From Oscillospiraceae bacterium (GTDB taxonomy: Bacteria; Bacillota; Clostridia; Oscillospirales; QAMX01): 64,000 nt of DNA. Positions 28,481 to 37,721 of this stretch are shown one piece after another (within the stretch, counting starts at the first letter, position 1; each line of letters starts with the position of its first letter). A model generated the notes under the pieces. It did no database searches. It was given only the letters and a program-made list of their open reading frames with translations, and was not told the origin of the DNA. Where the stretch lies: positions 5,569 through 69,568 of the forward strand of contig SVKS01000002.1 in the NCBI GenBank assembly GCA_015068345.1, read 5' to 3'. Both the position numbers and the translations under genes were made by a program.

Positions 28481-29935
28481 ATGAAACGTAACCGTCCCTG
28501 CGTTCTTTTTTCTTTATCCATCCTTCTTCTCTTCCTCATTGCGGGGCTTTTGGCAGGATGCCATGACAGTGAATCAAATACCCTTTCCTTTACTGAGTCG
28601 GACCCTCTCACCCAGACCGAACCCCTTCCTGAAGAGAGTCAGCTTCCAACCGAAGCAACCCTCACTCCCGTTCCGGGGCATATTGTGATAGGAAAGATTT
28701 CCCTTCAAGCCGGTGGTAAAAATACCGAGATGAAATTTTTCAGCAGCTACGCAAGCTCCAGCGGCGCTACCATAGAATTCAAGGAGTATAACAGCGATAA
28801 AGCCCTGATGGAGGCCATCCGGGCAGGAGAAATCGATCTGATTGTGGATAACAACCTGATTGCGCACCTACTGGCTTATGACGATCAGCTTTTTAACCTG
28901 GATCCCTACGTGGAGGATACTCTATCCTCCGGAGAGTACTATGTCAATATTCTGGAAGCCGGACGAATCCACGGAAAACTGCAGATTCTGGTTCCCGGAT
29001 TTGGTATTGACTCGGTTGTACAGGTTCCCGCCGGATTGGTCGAAACGTTTGGAGAAGCAAAAAACCTCACCGATCTTCTGGACCTCTATAACAAGCTGGA
29101 ACAAGAATATCGTGGTGTCCGCCTTGGGCTCGGCGGAAATGGAATTGAACCTCTTCTGGGTGCATCGCTGAACCTGGAAAATATGCAATTTGATACCTCC
29201 CCATACTGGGACAATCTTATTTCCCTGCTTTCTGCCATCCACCAGGATTCTCCGAAGGGGAATGTAGATTACACCCCCTTATTCACCTTTTATAACAGCG
29301 GAACTTTTGAAGACCCCATGGCGCATTATGAAGAATTTACATTGGATGGTTCCCCCTATAGCCAATACGGCGCCAACGCCGCCTATATTCCATTTTCCTT
29401 CCGGGAAGGGGAGGGATATGCCATTGATGGCAGCTCCTATTGTGTACCCAAAAATTCTCCAAACCCAGAAGCGGCGCTCCATTTTATCAACTGGCTTCTG
29501 ACCGAAGACGGACAAAGCCAGATTGAATATTACCGCCTTGGATGCCCCCTGCTAAAATCAATGATACCAAAGTGGTATGCCTCCTGGCGTTCCTATCCGG
29601 AATATCACTATACCCTGGAGGAACAGATTGCCATTGGAGAGGCTTATGCCGCCCGGGCCGATCATTTGAGTATCTGTGACGGAATCTTGAGCCACACCAC
29701 CGATATGCTGATAAGCGACCGCTGTTGGGACCAGGAAGAACGGGATCATATCATTGCTATGTATTCTTCCCATGCAGAACCATGGGCCGTCATGTTTGAT
29801 TACTTGCAGTCTGAAGAGGCTCCGGCGGAAAAAATGCCATGGTTTTATGAAGATGGCACCTTCACCGATTGGCCGGAATACGTCAAGGGCTACGTGACAG
29901 CCTATCTGGCCGACCTGGGCTACGAACTACACTAA
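28481..29935 (+). CDS. Lipoprotein, extracellular solute-binding-protein-like (no adjacent permease genes)
   Basis: ORF 28271..29935. ATG 28481 follows AAAGGAG. Signal peptide with lipobox LLAG|C. Aligns by eye with the C-terminal halves of 1772..4099 and 29952..31913 (..GEIDLIVDNNL.., ..EAGRIHGKLQILVP..). Confidence 0.75.
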   Translation: MKRNRPCVLFSLSILLLFLIAGLLAGCHDSESNTLSFTESDPLTQTEPLPEESQLPTEATLTPVPGHIVIGKISLQAGGKNTEMKFFSSYASSSGATIEFKEYNSDKALMEAIRAGEIDLIVDNNLIAHLLAYDDQLFNLDPYVEDTLSSGEYYVNILEAGRIHGKLQILVPGFGIDSVVQVPAGLVETFGEAKNLTDLLDLYNKLEQEYRGVRLGLGGNGIEPLLGASLNLENMQFDTSPYWDNLISLLSAIHQDSPKGNVDYTPLFTFYNSGTFEDPMAHYEEFTLDGSPYSQYGANAAYIPFSFREGEGYAIDGSSYCVPKNSPNPEAALHFINWLLTEDGQSQIEYYRLGCPLLKSMIPKWYASWRSYPEYHYTLEEQIAIGEAYAARADHLSICDGILSHTTDMLISDRCWDQEERDHIIAMYSSHAEPWAVMFDYLQSEEAPAEKMPWFYEDGTFTDWPEYVKGYVTAYLADLGYELH

Positions 29936-29951
29936 CGGAAAGGATGGGACC

Positions 29952-31913
29952 ATGAAACGAAGAAACCACTTGACAGCCTTCCTTTTGCTTCTTTGCCTAT
30001 CTGTTTCGCTATTTTCCGGGTGTGGAAACTCGAAAAACAGCGTGGTAGGCTTTGAGGATTCCATCATTTTGAAGACCGATAAAGCCACCCAGGCGCCCCA
30101 CGTCAGCAAAGTGGTTTTGGAATGGGAAAATATCCATGCTCTTCTTTTGGAAGAGGACGGCATATATCTTTACAGCGGAAAGAAAAAGACCCTGTTAGAC
30201 GAAAATTATCAGCCCACTCAATTGGAAACGGCGGAGGGTATCCCCGATGCCCGCTACGGAGACTATTCCATCCGGGATAATCTCCTTTACCGGGGGGATG
30301 AGGTCATGAAGCATCCTCTGGACCAGGACGATAACCTCCTGGGTTTTTGGGTACTGGATGGCATCACCTATCTGCTCGCCAATCGGGTACTTTATGACAG
30401 CCAGGTAGTGGACGTTGCCATCTCCAGCGAATATCTGCTTTATCCCCTATCGGACCAGGTGGGGACCGGCACCATTCTGGAGGGTATCACCGGTGGGTTA
30501 TGGTCACCGGTCACCGATGGCATAAATAATTACTGGGTCAGCGGTACTAACCTTTACCGCACCGATGGATTTACGGTAGAAGACCTGGGAAATCTTTCCC
30601 TCATGGGAATCAATTACCAAACGGTTTTTGAAATGCAACCGGTTGCCGATGGGGTACTCATCGCCTCCAACGGTATGCTCTTTCACCTGACCCCAGACTC
30701 CAACGAGGCGACCCTCGAACAGCCTCAAGGCCAGGGTAACATCATCATCGGCACGGCCGGATATTCTTCTCCCCATTTGACCGAGCTTGTGGCCAAATAC
30801 AACCGAACCTCAGAATATAAGGTAGAAATCAAAGAATACCTGGATCGACCTCAGTTAAACCTGGCTATCCTCTCCGGAGAGGTGGATATGGTTGGCAGTG
30901 ACGACGCGGCTCTGCTCATGAACTATGCCAAGCGAGGCGTCCTGGAACCACTGGAAAACGTGATTGGGGAGCTGTTATCCTCCGGTGAATTGGCGGAACC
31001 TGTGCTGGAAGCCAGCCGCATCCAGGGAAAGATTTATATGATTCCCGACCTATACCAAATTTACGGTATGGTCATGCCCAAGGGGGCTTTGGAGGAAGCC
31101 GGCGGCAAAATCAACAACATGGTACACCTTACGGAAGTCCTGGATGGCCTGGAGGTTCAAAATTTCTATAAGGGAGAGACCAAGGATATCACATTAGGAT
31201 GGTACCTTTTCCATGGGGTCTCTTCCTGGGTGGATGACGAAACCAATACCTGTAATTTTCAGGATGAAAACTTCATTGCCATGCTGGAGCTTTGCAATAA
31301 GGCCGCCAAGGATCAATCTGAAGCAATGGCCAACAAGAAGGATGATGGAAAAAGACCGCTATTTGACGTGTTCCTTCAGGTCATCTGTGTGGAAGACGCC
31401 AATCTCCGGCTTCGGTATGAAATCAAGGGGGCAGAGAAGCCCTTCACCCGATATGGCATGGAGGGCGCCCTTTTTGCAAGCCCCACTGCCAATGGTGCCG
31501 GTTTGACCATCAATCCCGACCACGTCTACGGTGTTTTAACCCAAAGCGAAAAGAAAGGAAGCTGCGCTGATTTTCTGAATTGGCTTTTGTCCACCAGCAC
31601 CCAGGAAATTGCCGCAGACCAGGGATATTGGGGACTACCCATGCGTAGTTCCGTATTGGAAGCATGGGTAGAAAAAGCAGCCCGTCATACGGCTGCAAAC
31701 AGCATGTTCTCCTACGAGGAAACCTACGACATGTACGACAACATCTTTGACATGGTGGCTTCTGTGGACCATTACGGTGGTTCTTGTCACAAGGAGATCA
31801 AGGATATTATCCATGAAGAAGCTCTTCGTTATTTCAAAGGGGACATTTCCGCCGAAAAGGTTGCGGAATATGTCCAAAGCCGCGCATCCCTCTACCTTGC
31901 TGAGCAGGGATGA
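29952..31913 (+). CDS. Lipoprotein: N-terminal uncharacterised domain plus solute-binding-protein-like domain (paralog of 1772..4099)
   Basis: Lipobox LFSG|C. NLYRTDGFTVEDLGN.. matches ELYRTDGKSCDRLTN.. in the 1772 gene. LSGEVDMVGSDD.., EASRIQGKIYMIP.., C-terminus AEYVQSRASLYLAEQG vs ADYVQNRISIYLAEQS. Confidence 0.75.
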   Translation: MKRRNHLTAFLLLLCLSVSLFSGCGNSKNSVVGFEDSIILKTDKATQAPHVSKVVLEWENIHALLLEEDGIYLYSGKKKTLLDENYQPTQLETAEGIPDARYGDYSIRDNLLYRGDEVMKHPLDQDDNLLGFWVLDGITYLLANRVLYDSQVVDVAISSEYLLYPLSDQVGTGTILEGITGGLWSPVTDGINNYWVSGTNLYRTDGFTVEDLGNLSLMGINYQTVFEMQPVADGVLIASNGMLFHLTPDSNEATLEQPQGQGNIIIGTAGYSSPHLTELVAKYNRTSEYKVEIKEYLDRPQLNLAILSGEVDMVGSDDAALLMNYAKRGVLEPLENVIGELLSSGELAEPVLEASRIQGKIYMIPDLYQIYGMVMPKGALEEAGGKINNMVHLTEVLDGLEVQNFYKGETKDITLGWYLFHGVSSWVDDETNTCNFQDENFIAMLELCNKAAKDQSEAMANKKDDGKRPLFDVFLQVICVEDANLRLRYEIKGAEKPFTRYGMEGALFASPTANGAGLTINPDHVYGVLTQSEKKGSCADFLNWLLSTSTQEIAADQGYWGLPMRSSVLEAWVEKAARHTAANSMFSYEETYDMYDNIFDMVASVDHYGGSCHKEIKDIIHEEALRYFKGDISAEKVAEYVQSRASLYLAEQG

Positions 31914-31924
31914 TATATAGAAAA

Positions 31925-31968
31925 CACCTGTCTGCGTTTTTACCCTCACGCAGACAGGCGTTTTTCTT
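31925..31968. terminator. Terminator between convergent genes
   Basis: CCTGTCTGCG / CGCAGACAGG stem followed by CGTTTTTCTTTT. Confidence 0.7.
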
Positions 31969-31977
31969 TTATCTGTT

Positions 31978-32970
31978 TTACTCGATATACAAATTCTCCT
32001 GGGTGTCTATCGTTGTTCCGGGATAGTAATAAGCCAATATTTCTCCTGCGGTTTTTCCCTCTTCTGCCATGCATTTGGCCCCATATTGACTCATACCTAC
32101 CCCATGTCCGTAGCCGTGTGTAATCAGGTGGAGTGTCTCGCCTTCCCATTCCAGAGTAATATTGGTGGACCGCAGAGAAAATAAATTTCGGAATTCCCGT
32201 CCGGACAATTTCTCCCCCCACAATTTCAGCTTCATCCATCCACCCGACCCGCTCTTCTCCAATTCTGTCACCCATTTGTCCGGCGTTTCTGGCATTGCGG
32301 CATTCGGATATGCTTCAAGGATGACCGATTTTGCTTCCTCAAGAGTCAAGGTAGTCACCGATTCATATCCGTCGGAAGATTTGTCCCATTCACTTTCCAC
32401 CGGAATCAAATAAGGAATTCCATTTCCTCCCCATACGTCGGTCGCCGATTCGGTTTTTCCGGAGGAAATGGCATGAAACAGGGCAGAGATCGGTCGTCCT
32501 TCATAGGTCAGAAAGACGTTTTGAGTATCGGTCACTGCTTTCACCATTTTGGCATGTTTTTCCTCATACTTGTCCCCCCATTTTTCCTTTTGTTCCTCCT
32601 CTGTAGCAAAGGCCTGACAATGGGCATAATCGGCGCAAATATCGGCATCTTTGTGACTTGCCTGCTCGGGATACCGATCCCGCAACTCCATTTTGTAAAG
32701 CAGATTACTCCTTGCGGCAATGGCCTGAGCTTTTAAGGCTTCCTCCGGATAGCTGGCAGGCATTTCGGCGGAGAGGGTTCCAACCAGATAATCCTGCATG
32801 GTCATGGTCTTTATCTCATCGGAAAACAACACCTCAATCATATCCTCATCTCTCGGAATCGCTGCTTTTTCTTCTCCTTCTTTCTTTGGATCCTCCACCA
32901 CAGAAAGGACCCAAACCGGGATCAGAAAACATAAAACACAAAGCAAAAGGGAAATAATCGGCTTTTTCAT
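31978..32970 (-). CDS. spoIID: Stage II sporulation protein D (SpoIID/LytB family lytic transglycosylase)
   Basis: N-terminal TM anchor. EALKAQAIAARS, HAISSGKTE, and GHGVGMSQYGA motifs are characteristic of SpoIID. Confidence 0.85.
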   Translation of the reverse strand: MKKPIISLLLCVLCFLIPVWVLSVVEDPKKEGEEKAAIPRDEDMIEVLFSDEIKTMTMQDYLVGTLSAEMPASYPEEALKAQAIAARSNLLYKMELRDRYPEQASHKDADICADYAHCQAFATEEEQKEKWGDKYEEKHAKMVKAVTDTQNVFLTYEGRPISALFHAISSGKTESATDVWGGNGIPYLIPVESEWDKSSDGYESVTTLTLEEAKSVILEAYPNAAMPETPDKWVTELEKSGSGGWMKLKLWGEKLSGREFRNLFSLRSTNITLEWEGETLHLITHGYGHGVGMSQYGAKCMAEEGKTAGEILAYYYPGTTIDTQENLYIE

Positions 32971-33029
32971 TGGTCATTCTCCATTATGCAAGTTCGTTTT
33001 TGTAGTCCTGCATTTTACAGGTTGCCACA

Positions 33030-33058
33030 TTGACAAACAGCTTAGAATCTGCTATACT
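33030..33058 (+). promoter_or_regulatory. Putative promoter of citrate synthase gene
   Basis: TTGACA (33030..33035), 17-nt spacer, TATACT (33053..33058). Confidence 0.5.
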
Positions 33059-33101
33059 GTGAAGGCAATTTGATTTTTTGATTCAAAAAAGAGGTGTCCC
33101 T

Positions 33102-34460
33102 ATGCCCAACAGTAAATTCCGTGAATATATTGATACCGTATGCGCTTCCCTGCCGGAATATTCCGCCATTGACTCCTCCGATTATATCCGTTACGGCGTG
33201 AAAAGAGGACTTCGTAACGCCGACGGAACCGGTGTTATGGCCGGTGTCACAAAAATCGGCGACGTACATGGCTACGAAATGGTGGATGGCGTACGTGTCC
33301 CTGCAAAGGGCCGCCTTTTCTACCGTGGGTACGATGTGGAACATCTCATCGACGGTTTTTCCAAGGATGGTCGGTATGGTTTTGAGGAGACTGCCTATCT
33401 GCTTCTCTTCGGTAAGCTCCCTTCCAAGGACGATCTGGAACAATTCCTTTTGCTTCTGAATGATTCCCGGGAGCTTCCCCGTTATTTTACTGAGGATATG
33501 ATCATCAAGGCTCCTTCCAGAGATATCATGAACAAGCTGGCCCGTTCGGTTTTGGCCATGTATTCCTACGACGATACTCCCGACGATCTTTCCCCTTCCA
33601 ATATTGTGCGCCAATCCCTGGAACTGATTGCCCGCTTCCCCATCATCGTTGCCCATGCCTACCAGGTGAAGCGTCACGAGTATGATAACAAGAGTATGCA
33701 CATCCATAACCCCAAAACCACCCTGAATTCCGCCCAGAATCTTCTGCGCCTCCTGCGCAGTGATAAAGCCTTTACCGAAGAAGAAGCTCACCTGGTGGAT
33801 ATTTGTCTGGTTCTCCACGCCGAGCACGGCGGCGGTAACAACTCTGCCTTTGCCTGCCGTACCCTCTCCAGTGCCGGTACCGATACCTATTCCGCCATTT
33901 CTGCGGCGGTTGGTTCCCTGAAGGGCTTCCGCCACGGCGGTGCCAACCTGAAGGTTTTGGACATGGTAGACCGTTACAAAGCTTCGGTAGATAATCCTTA
34001 CGACGAAAGTGCCCTGAAGGATTATTTGGTGAAGGTCCTTCGCAAGGAAGCCGGTGACGGAAGTGGATTGATTTATGGTATGGGTCATGCCATCTACACC
34101 CTTTCCGATCCCCGCGCTCAAATTCTGCGTAAAAACGCCGAAGCTCTGGCGGAAAAGAAGGGGCTTTGGGATGAATTCAATATTTACCGCAATATTGAGC
34201 GATTGACTCCTGAAATATTCGCCGAAATTAAAGGGGACACCAAGCCCATCTGTGCCAATGTGGACCTGTATTCCGGCTTTGTCTATCAAATGCTTGGCAT
34301 TCCTTCGGAAGTTTATACCCCGATTTTTGCCATCTCCCGTATTGTTGGCTGGTCCGCCCACCGCATCGAAGAGGTTTTGACCCAAAATCGTATTATCCGT
34401 CCCGCCTATAAGTCGTTGTTTAACGAATATGAATACATTCCTCTGGAAGAAAGAGTGTAA
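33102..34460 (+). CDS. Citrate synthase
   Basis: ORF 33078..34460. ATG 33102 follows AAGAGGTG. Catalytic-site motifs LVLHAEHGGGNNS, GMGHAIYT, and VGWSAH. Confidence 0.9.
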   Translation: MPNSKFREYIDTVCASLPEYSAIDSSDYIRYGVKRGLRNADGTGVMAGVTKIGDVHGYEMVDGVRVPAKGRLFYRGYDVEHLIDGFSKDGRYGFEETAYLLLFGKLPSKDDLEQFLLLLNDSRELPRYFTEDMIIKAPSRDIMNKLARSVLAMYSYDDTPDDLSPSNIVRQSLELIARFPIIVAHAYQVKRHEYDNKSMHIHNPKTTLNSAQNLLRLLRSDKAFTEEEAHLVDICLVLHAEHGGGNNSAFACRTLSSAGTDTYSAISAAVGSLKGFRHGGANLKVLDMVDRYKASVDNPYDESALKDYLVKVLRKEAGDGSGLIYGMGHAIYTLSDPRAQILRKNAEALAEKKGLWDEFNIYRNIERLTPEIFAEIKGDTKPICANVDLYSGFVYQMLGIPSEVYTPIFAISRIVGWSAHRIEEVLTQNRIIRPAYKSLFNEYEYIPLEERV

Positions 34461-34468
34461 AAACCACT

Positions 34469-35101
34469 ATGAGTCGTAAAGATTTTGCTGTTTCTGTTTT
34501 GGATGCGTTGGAAACAGCTTACCCGGATGCCGTGTGCTCCCTTGTTGCCAAGGAGCCATGGCAACTCCTGTGCGCCGTTCGTCTTTCCGCCCAATGCACC
34601 GATGCCAGGGTCAATATTGTCACAAAGGAGCTTTTTGAAGCCTTTCCTACCCTGGATTCCTTGGCAAATGCCCCCATTGAGAAGGTAGAAGATATTGTCC
34701 GCCCCTGTGGGCTGTTCAAGGTCAAGGCTCAAAACCTGAAGGATTGTTGTCAGATGATTCGGGACAGATTTAACGGTGTAGTTCCCGACAATATGGAGGA
34801 TCTTCTTACCCTCCCCGGTGTAGGTCGAAAAACCGCCAACCTGATTCTTGGTGACGTGTATGGTAAACCTGCTGTGGTTTGTGATACACATTGTATCCGT
34901 ATCTGCAACCGTCTCGGTTTCATTAAGACTACCGATCCCTACAAAGCAGAGCTTGGTCTGAAAGAAATTCTTCCTCCCGATCGCTCCAACGATTTTTGTC
35001 ATCGCTTGGTTTTGTTTGGCCGGGAATACTGTACTGCCCGCAATCCTAAGTGTAATTCTTGTCCTTTGGCAACCCTTTGTACCTATCATATGGACTATTG
35101 A
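34469..35101 (+). CDS. nth: Endonuclease III (DNA-(apurinic or apyrimidinic site) lyase)
   Basis: HhH-GPD motif LPGVGRKTANLILG. C-terminal 4Fe-4S cluster loop C-x6-C-x2-C-x5-C (CTARNPKCNSCPLATLC). Confidence 0.9.
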   Translation: MSRKDFAVSVLDALETAYPDAVCSLVAKEPWQLLCAVRLSAQCTDARVNIVTKELFEAFPTLDSLANAPIEKVEDIVRPCGLFKVKAQNLKDCCQMIRDRFNGVVPDNMEDLLTLPGVGRKTANLILGDVYGKPAVVCDTHCIRICNRLGFIKTTDPYKAELGLKEILPPDRSNDFCHRLVLFGREYCTARNPKCNSCPLATLCTYHMDY

Positions 35102-35108
35102 TTTTCAT

Positions 35109-35157
35109 AAAAAATGAAGGAAGACCGAAGAAATCTTTCGGTCTTCCTTCATTTTTA
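35109..35157. terminator. Bidirectional terminator after nth
   Basis: 16-bp perfect stem ATGAAGGAAGACCGAA / TTCGGTCTTCCTTCAT flanked by AAAAA and TTTTT. Confidence 0.85.
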
Positions 35158-35343
35158 GAATCCACAAAAACTGTGCAAAACCCTGTTGATAACCCTGTTT
35201 GTTTGTGGAAAACCCTTGTTCGCCTCCCCGTGTTTCAGGGTTTGACCCCCATAAAACACCATAGAAATGTCGAAAAAAGAGGGTTTCTCTGGAAATTCTT
35301 CAAAACTTTTCCACCTCTCCACTTATCTACAGCCTGTGGATAA
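35158..35343. promoter_or_regulatory. DnaA-box cluster outside oriC, between convergent nth and yfbR-like genes
   Basis: Boxes versus TTATCCACA/TGTGGATAA: perfect TGTGGATAA 35335..35343; 8/9 TGTTGATAA 35184..35192, TGTGGAAAA 35204..35212, TTATCTACA 35323..35331; 7/9 GAATCCACA 35158..35166, TGTGCAAAA 35172..35180, TTTTCCACC 35307..35315. Confidence 0.65.
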
Positions 35344-35348
35344 GTAAT

Positions 35349-35933
35349 TCAGGAATGGGTCAGTTCATCCAAATTCTTGCGGTAACCATCCAGGAAATAT
35401 TTCATAAAATAATTTGCCTCGTCAAAACACATATCGTATACCGCTTTTCGGGTCTGTTCCTCTGCAGATGCAAATTCTCGATTTCCGCTGGCAGTTTCCT
35501 CCATGCATTTGATATATGCAGATATTTTGTCAGCCGCTTTCACGTACCGATATTCTTCCGGAGATTCCTCTTCCATACAAACCAGGGGACGGTAAGCATC
35601 CACTAAATCATCGGGCAGCATGGCAAGCAGGTTATCCCTGCTTTCGGATTCTATTTTACCATAGCTTTCCCGCAGAGCCTCATTTTTATATTTCACCGGG
35701 GTCGGCATATCTCCGGTCATTACCTCGCTGGCATCATGATAAAGAGCTGCCATGGTGATTTTACCCACATCCAGCTTTTTCCCATATACCCGAATTCCAA
35801 TCTCTGCCAATGCATGTGCAATCACGGCTGTATCAAAGGAATGCTCACACACGTTTTCACTTACGTTGGACCGCATCAAACTCCAACGACGGATATGACG
35901 CAATCTTCCTATCATGGCAAAAAAACCGTACAT
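35349..35933 (-). CDS. yfbR: 5'-deoxynucleotidase, YfbR-like HD-domain hydrolase
   Basis: Collinear with recalled E. coli YfbR: RWSLMR..ENVCEHS, ALYHDASEVMTGDMPTPVKY, KAADKISAYIKC. Confidence 0.85.
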   Translation of the reverse strand: MYGFFAMIGRLRHIRRWSLMRSNVSENVCEHSFDTAVIAHALAEIGIRVYGKKLDVGKITMAALYHDASEVMTGDMPTPVKYKNEALRESYGKIESESRDNLLAMLPDDLVDAYRPLVCMEEESPEEYRYVKAADKISAYIKCMEETASGNREFASAEEQTRKAVYDMCFDEANYFMKYFLDGYRKNLDELTHS

Positions 35934-35935
35934 GA

Positions 35936-37183
35936 TTACCTCCCAAGCATCCGATTGTAAGTTTCTTCCTTTTCGATCCGGCCTACTGCCGAGAAGGAAA
36001 GCACTTCCGACTTGAAAATATCACAGGCCACGTTTTGAATGTCCTCCCGGGTTAGGCATTCGTAGGCATCCACAATTTCCTGATAATCGGGAATCCGGCC
36101 AAAAATCAATTCGTTCCGGGCCATCATGGAAGCTCGGCTTCCGGTGGATTCCAACCCCAGCAGGATATTGGTCTTGATTTTTTCCTTTGCCCGGAAAAGC
36201 TCATCCTCACGAACCCCATCCTGTTTGATTTTTTCAATTTCTTCCAGCATAGCTGCAATGGCTTTTTCCTCGGTTTCCTTGCCTGTTGCGGTATACATAC
36301 CAAACAAGCCCTCTGCCAGGGAGCTGGCAGAGTAAGAGTACACCGAATAACAAAGGCCTTCTTTATCCCGCATCCGTTGGAACAGACGGGAGGATGCACC
36401 GCCACCCAGAATGGTAGAAAGCACCGCCGCAGCGTATTTTCTATCATCCTTTACCGAATAGGCAGGGTATAGGAAACCCAGGTGGTTTTGCTCATACTTT
36501 TTCTTTTTTAGGTAGGTGGTTGGGACGTAGATTCCCGGTTCCACCACCTCCCGCTTGCCGGCGGGCAATGTGGAAAGCAGGTCGCAAAGAATCTGCAGGT
36601 TTTTTTCATCAAAGTTTCCGGAAATAGCGGCAACCACGTTTTCTCCGCTATAATGCTTATGTAAATAGCCCAGCATTTCTTCCCTGCCGATCCCTACCAG
36701 GGACTTTTTGGTTCCCAGGATGGGCATTCCAAGGGCAGATTTGGGATATACAGCTTCGTTGAGCTTTTCAATAGCCAGATCCTCCGGGTCATCCTCGTAC
36801 ATACCAATTTCTTCCAAAATGACGCCACGTTCACTTTGCACGTCACCCTCTGCCATCAGAGGTTCCATCACCATTTCAGTGATGAGTCCTGCGGCTTCCA
36901 GCATTTTGCTGTCCAGGGCTTTTACGTAAAAGGCGGTCAGTTCCTTGGTGGTATAGGCGTTGGATTGTCCTCCCAATGCATCAAACGCTTCCGAAAGGGC
37001 GGCACAGCTGTGGTGCTTTGTCCCTTTGAAGAGCATGTGTTCAATAAAATGGGAAATACCCGATTCCTTCTTGCTTTCAAATCGGCTCCCGGTTCCAACC
37101 CAAATACCAAAGGTCATGCTTCGGATAAAGTCGGTCTTTTCATAGACCAACCGGACCCCATTGGGCAGTGTAATTTTTTCCAT
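35936..37183 (-). CDS. M16 family zinc peptidase (insulinase-like)
   Basis: ORF 35936..37312. ATG at 37183 (MEKITLPNGVRLVYEK). Inverted zinc motif HFIEHMLFKGT (HxxEH). Confidence 0.85.
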   Translation of the reverse strand: MEKITLPNGVRLVYEKTDFIRSMTFGIWVGTGSRFESKKESGISHFIEHMLFKGTKHHSCAALSEAFDALGGQSNAYTTKELTAFYVKALDSKMLEAAGLITEMVMEPLMAEGDVQSERGVILEEIGMYEDDPEDLAIEKLNEAVYPKSALGMPILGTKKSLVGIGREEMLGYLHKHYSGENVVAAISGNFDEKNLQILCDLLSTLPAGKREVVEPGIYVPTTYLKKKKYEQNHLGFLYPAYSVKDDRKYAAAVLSTILGGGASSRLFQRMRDKEGLCYSVYSYSASSLAEGLFGMYTATGKETEEKAIAAMLEEIEKIKQDGVREDELFRAKEKIKTNILLGLESTGSRASMMARNELIFGRIPDYQEIVDAYECLTREDIQNVACDIFKSEVLSFSAVGRIEKEETYNRMLGR

Positions 37184-37262
37184 AGTTGTATCCTTTCTTC
37201 CTCCGAAAAAGGGAAGATGATCAAAAAGGCGTGCGAAGAAGATCTTGCACGCCTTTTTCCGT

Positions 37263-37715
37263 TTATGCTTTTGTAGAATACTCTTTACTCTTTTGCACCG
37301 CCATTTCATCACAGCGGTTGTTCATGGGATTGTCTGCATGTCCCTTAACCCAGGAAAAGGTCACGTGATGGGTATCACACAGGGACAGAAGTTTTTCCCA
37401 AAGCTCCGGATTTTTGGCACGATCGGACTTGTTTCGCATCCAGTTGTTTTTCTGCCACTTTTTTGCCCATCCAAGTTTCATAGCATCCACCACGTACTTG
37501 GAATCGGTGTAAAGGGTCACTTCACAGGGCATTTTCAAAAGGGACAGAGCTTCGATTACGCCCATCAGTTCCATCCGATTGTTGGTGGTATTGGCATCTC
37601 CGCCTGCGATTTCAAGCTTTTTTCCGCTCTCCACGTCGATCAGAATGGCACCGTAGCCACCCGGTCCCGGATTTCCCGAACAGGCTCCATCGGTATAAAT
37701 GGTGACCTTTCTCAT
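37263..37715 (-). CDS. rnhA: Ribonuclease HI
   Basis: 150 aa. IYTDGACSGNPGPGGYG, NNRMEL, and TDSKYV motifs of the RNase H fold. Confidence 0.9.
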   Translation of the reverse strand: MRKVTIYTDGACSGNPGPGGYGAILIDVESGKKLEIAGGDANTTNNRMELMGVIEALSLLKMPCEVTLYTDSKYVVDAMKLGWAKKWQKNNWMRNKSDRAKNPELWEKLLSLCDTHHVTFSWVKGHADNPMNNRCDEMAVQKSKEYSTKA

Positions 37716-37721
37716 GCCGTC

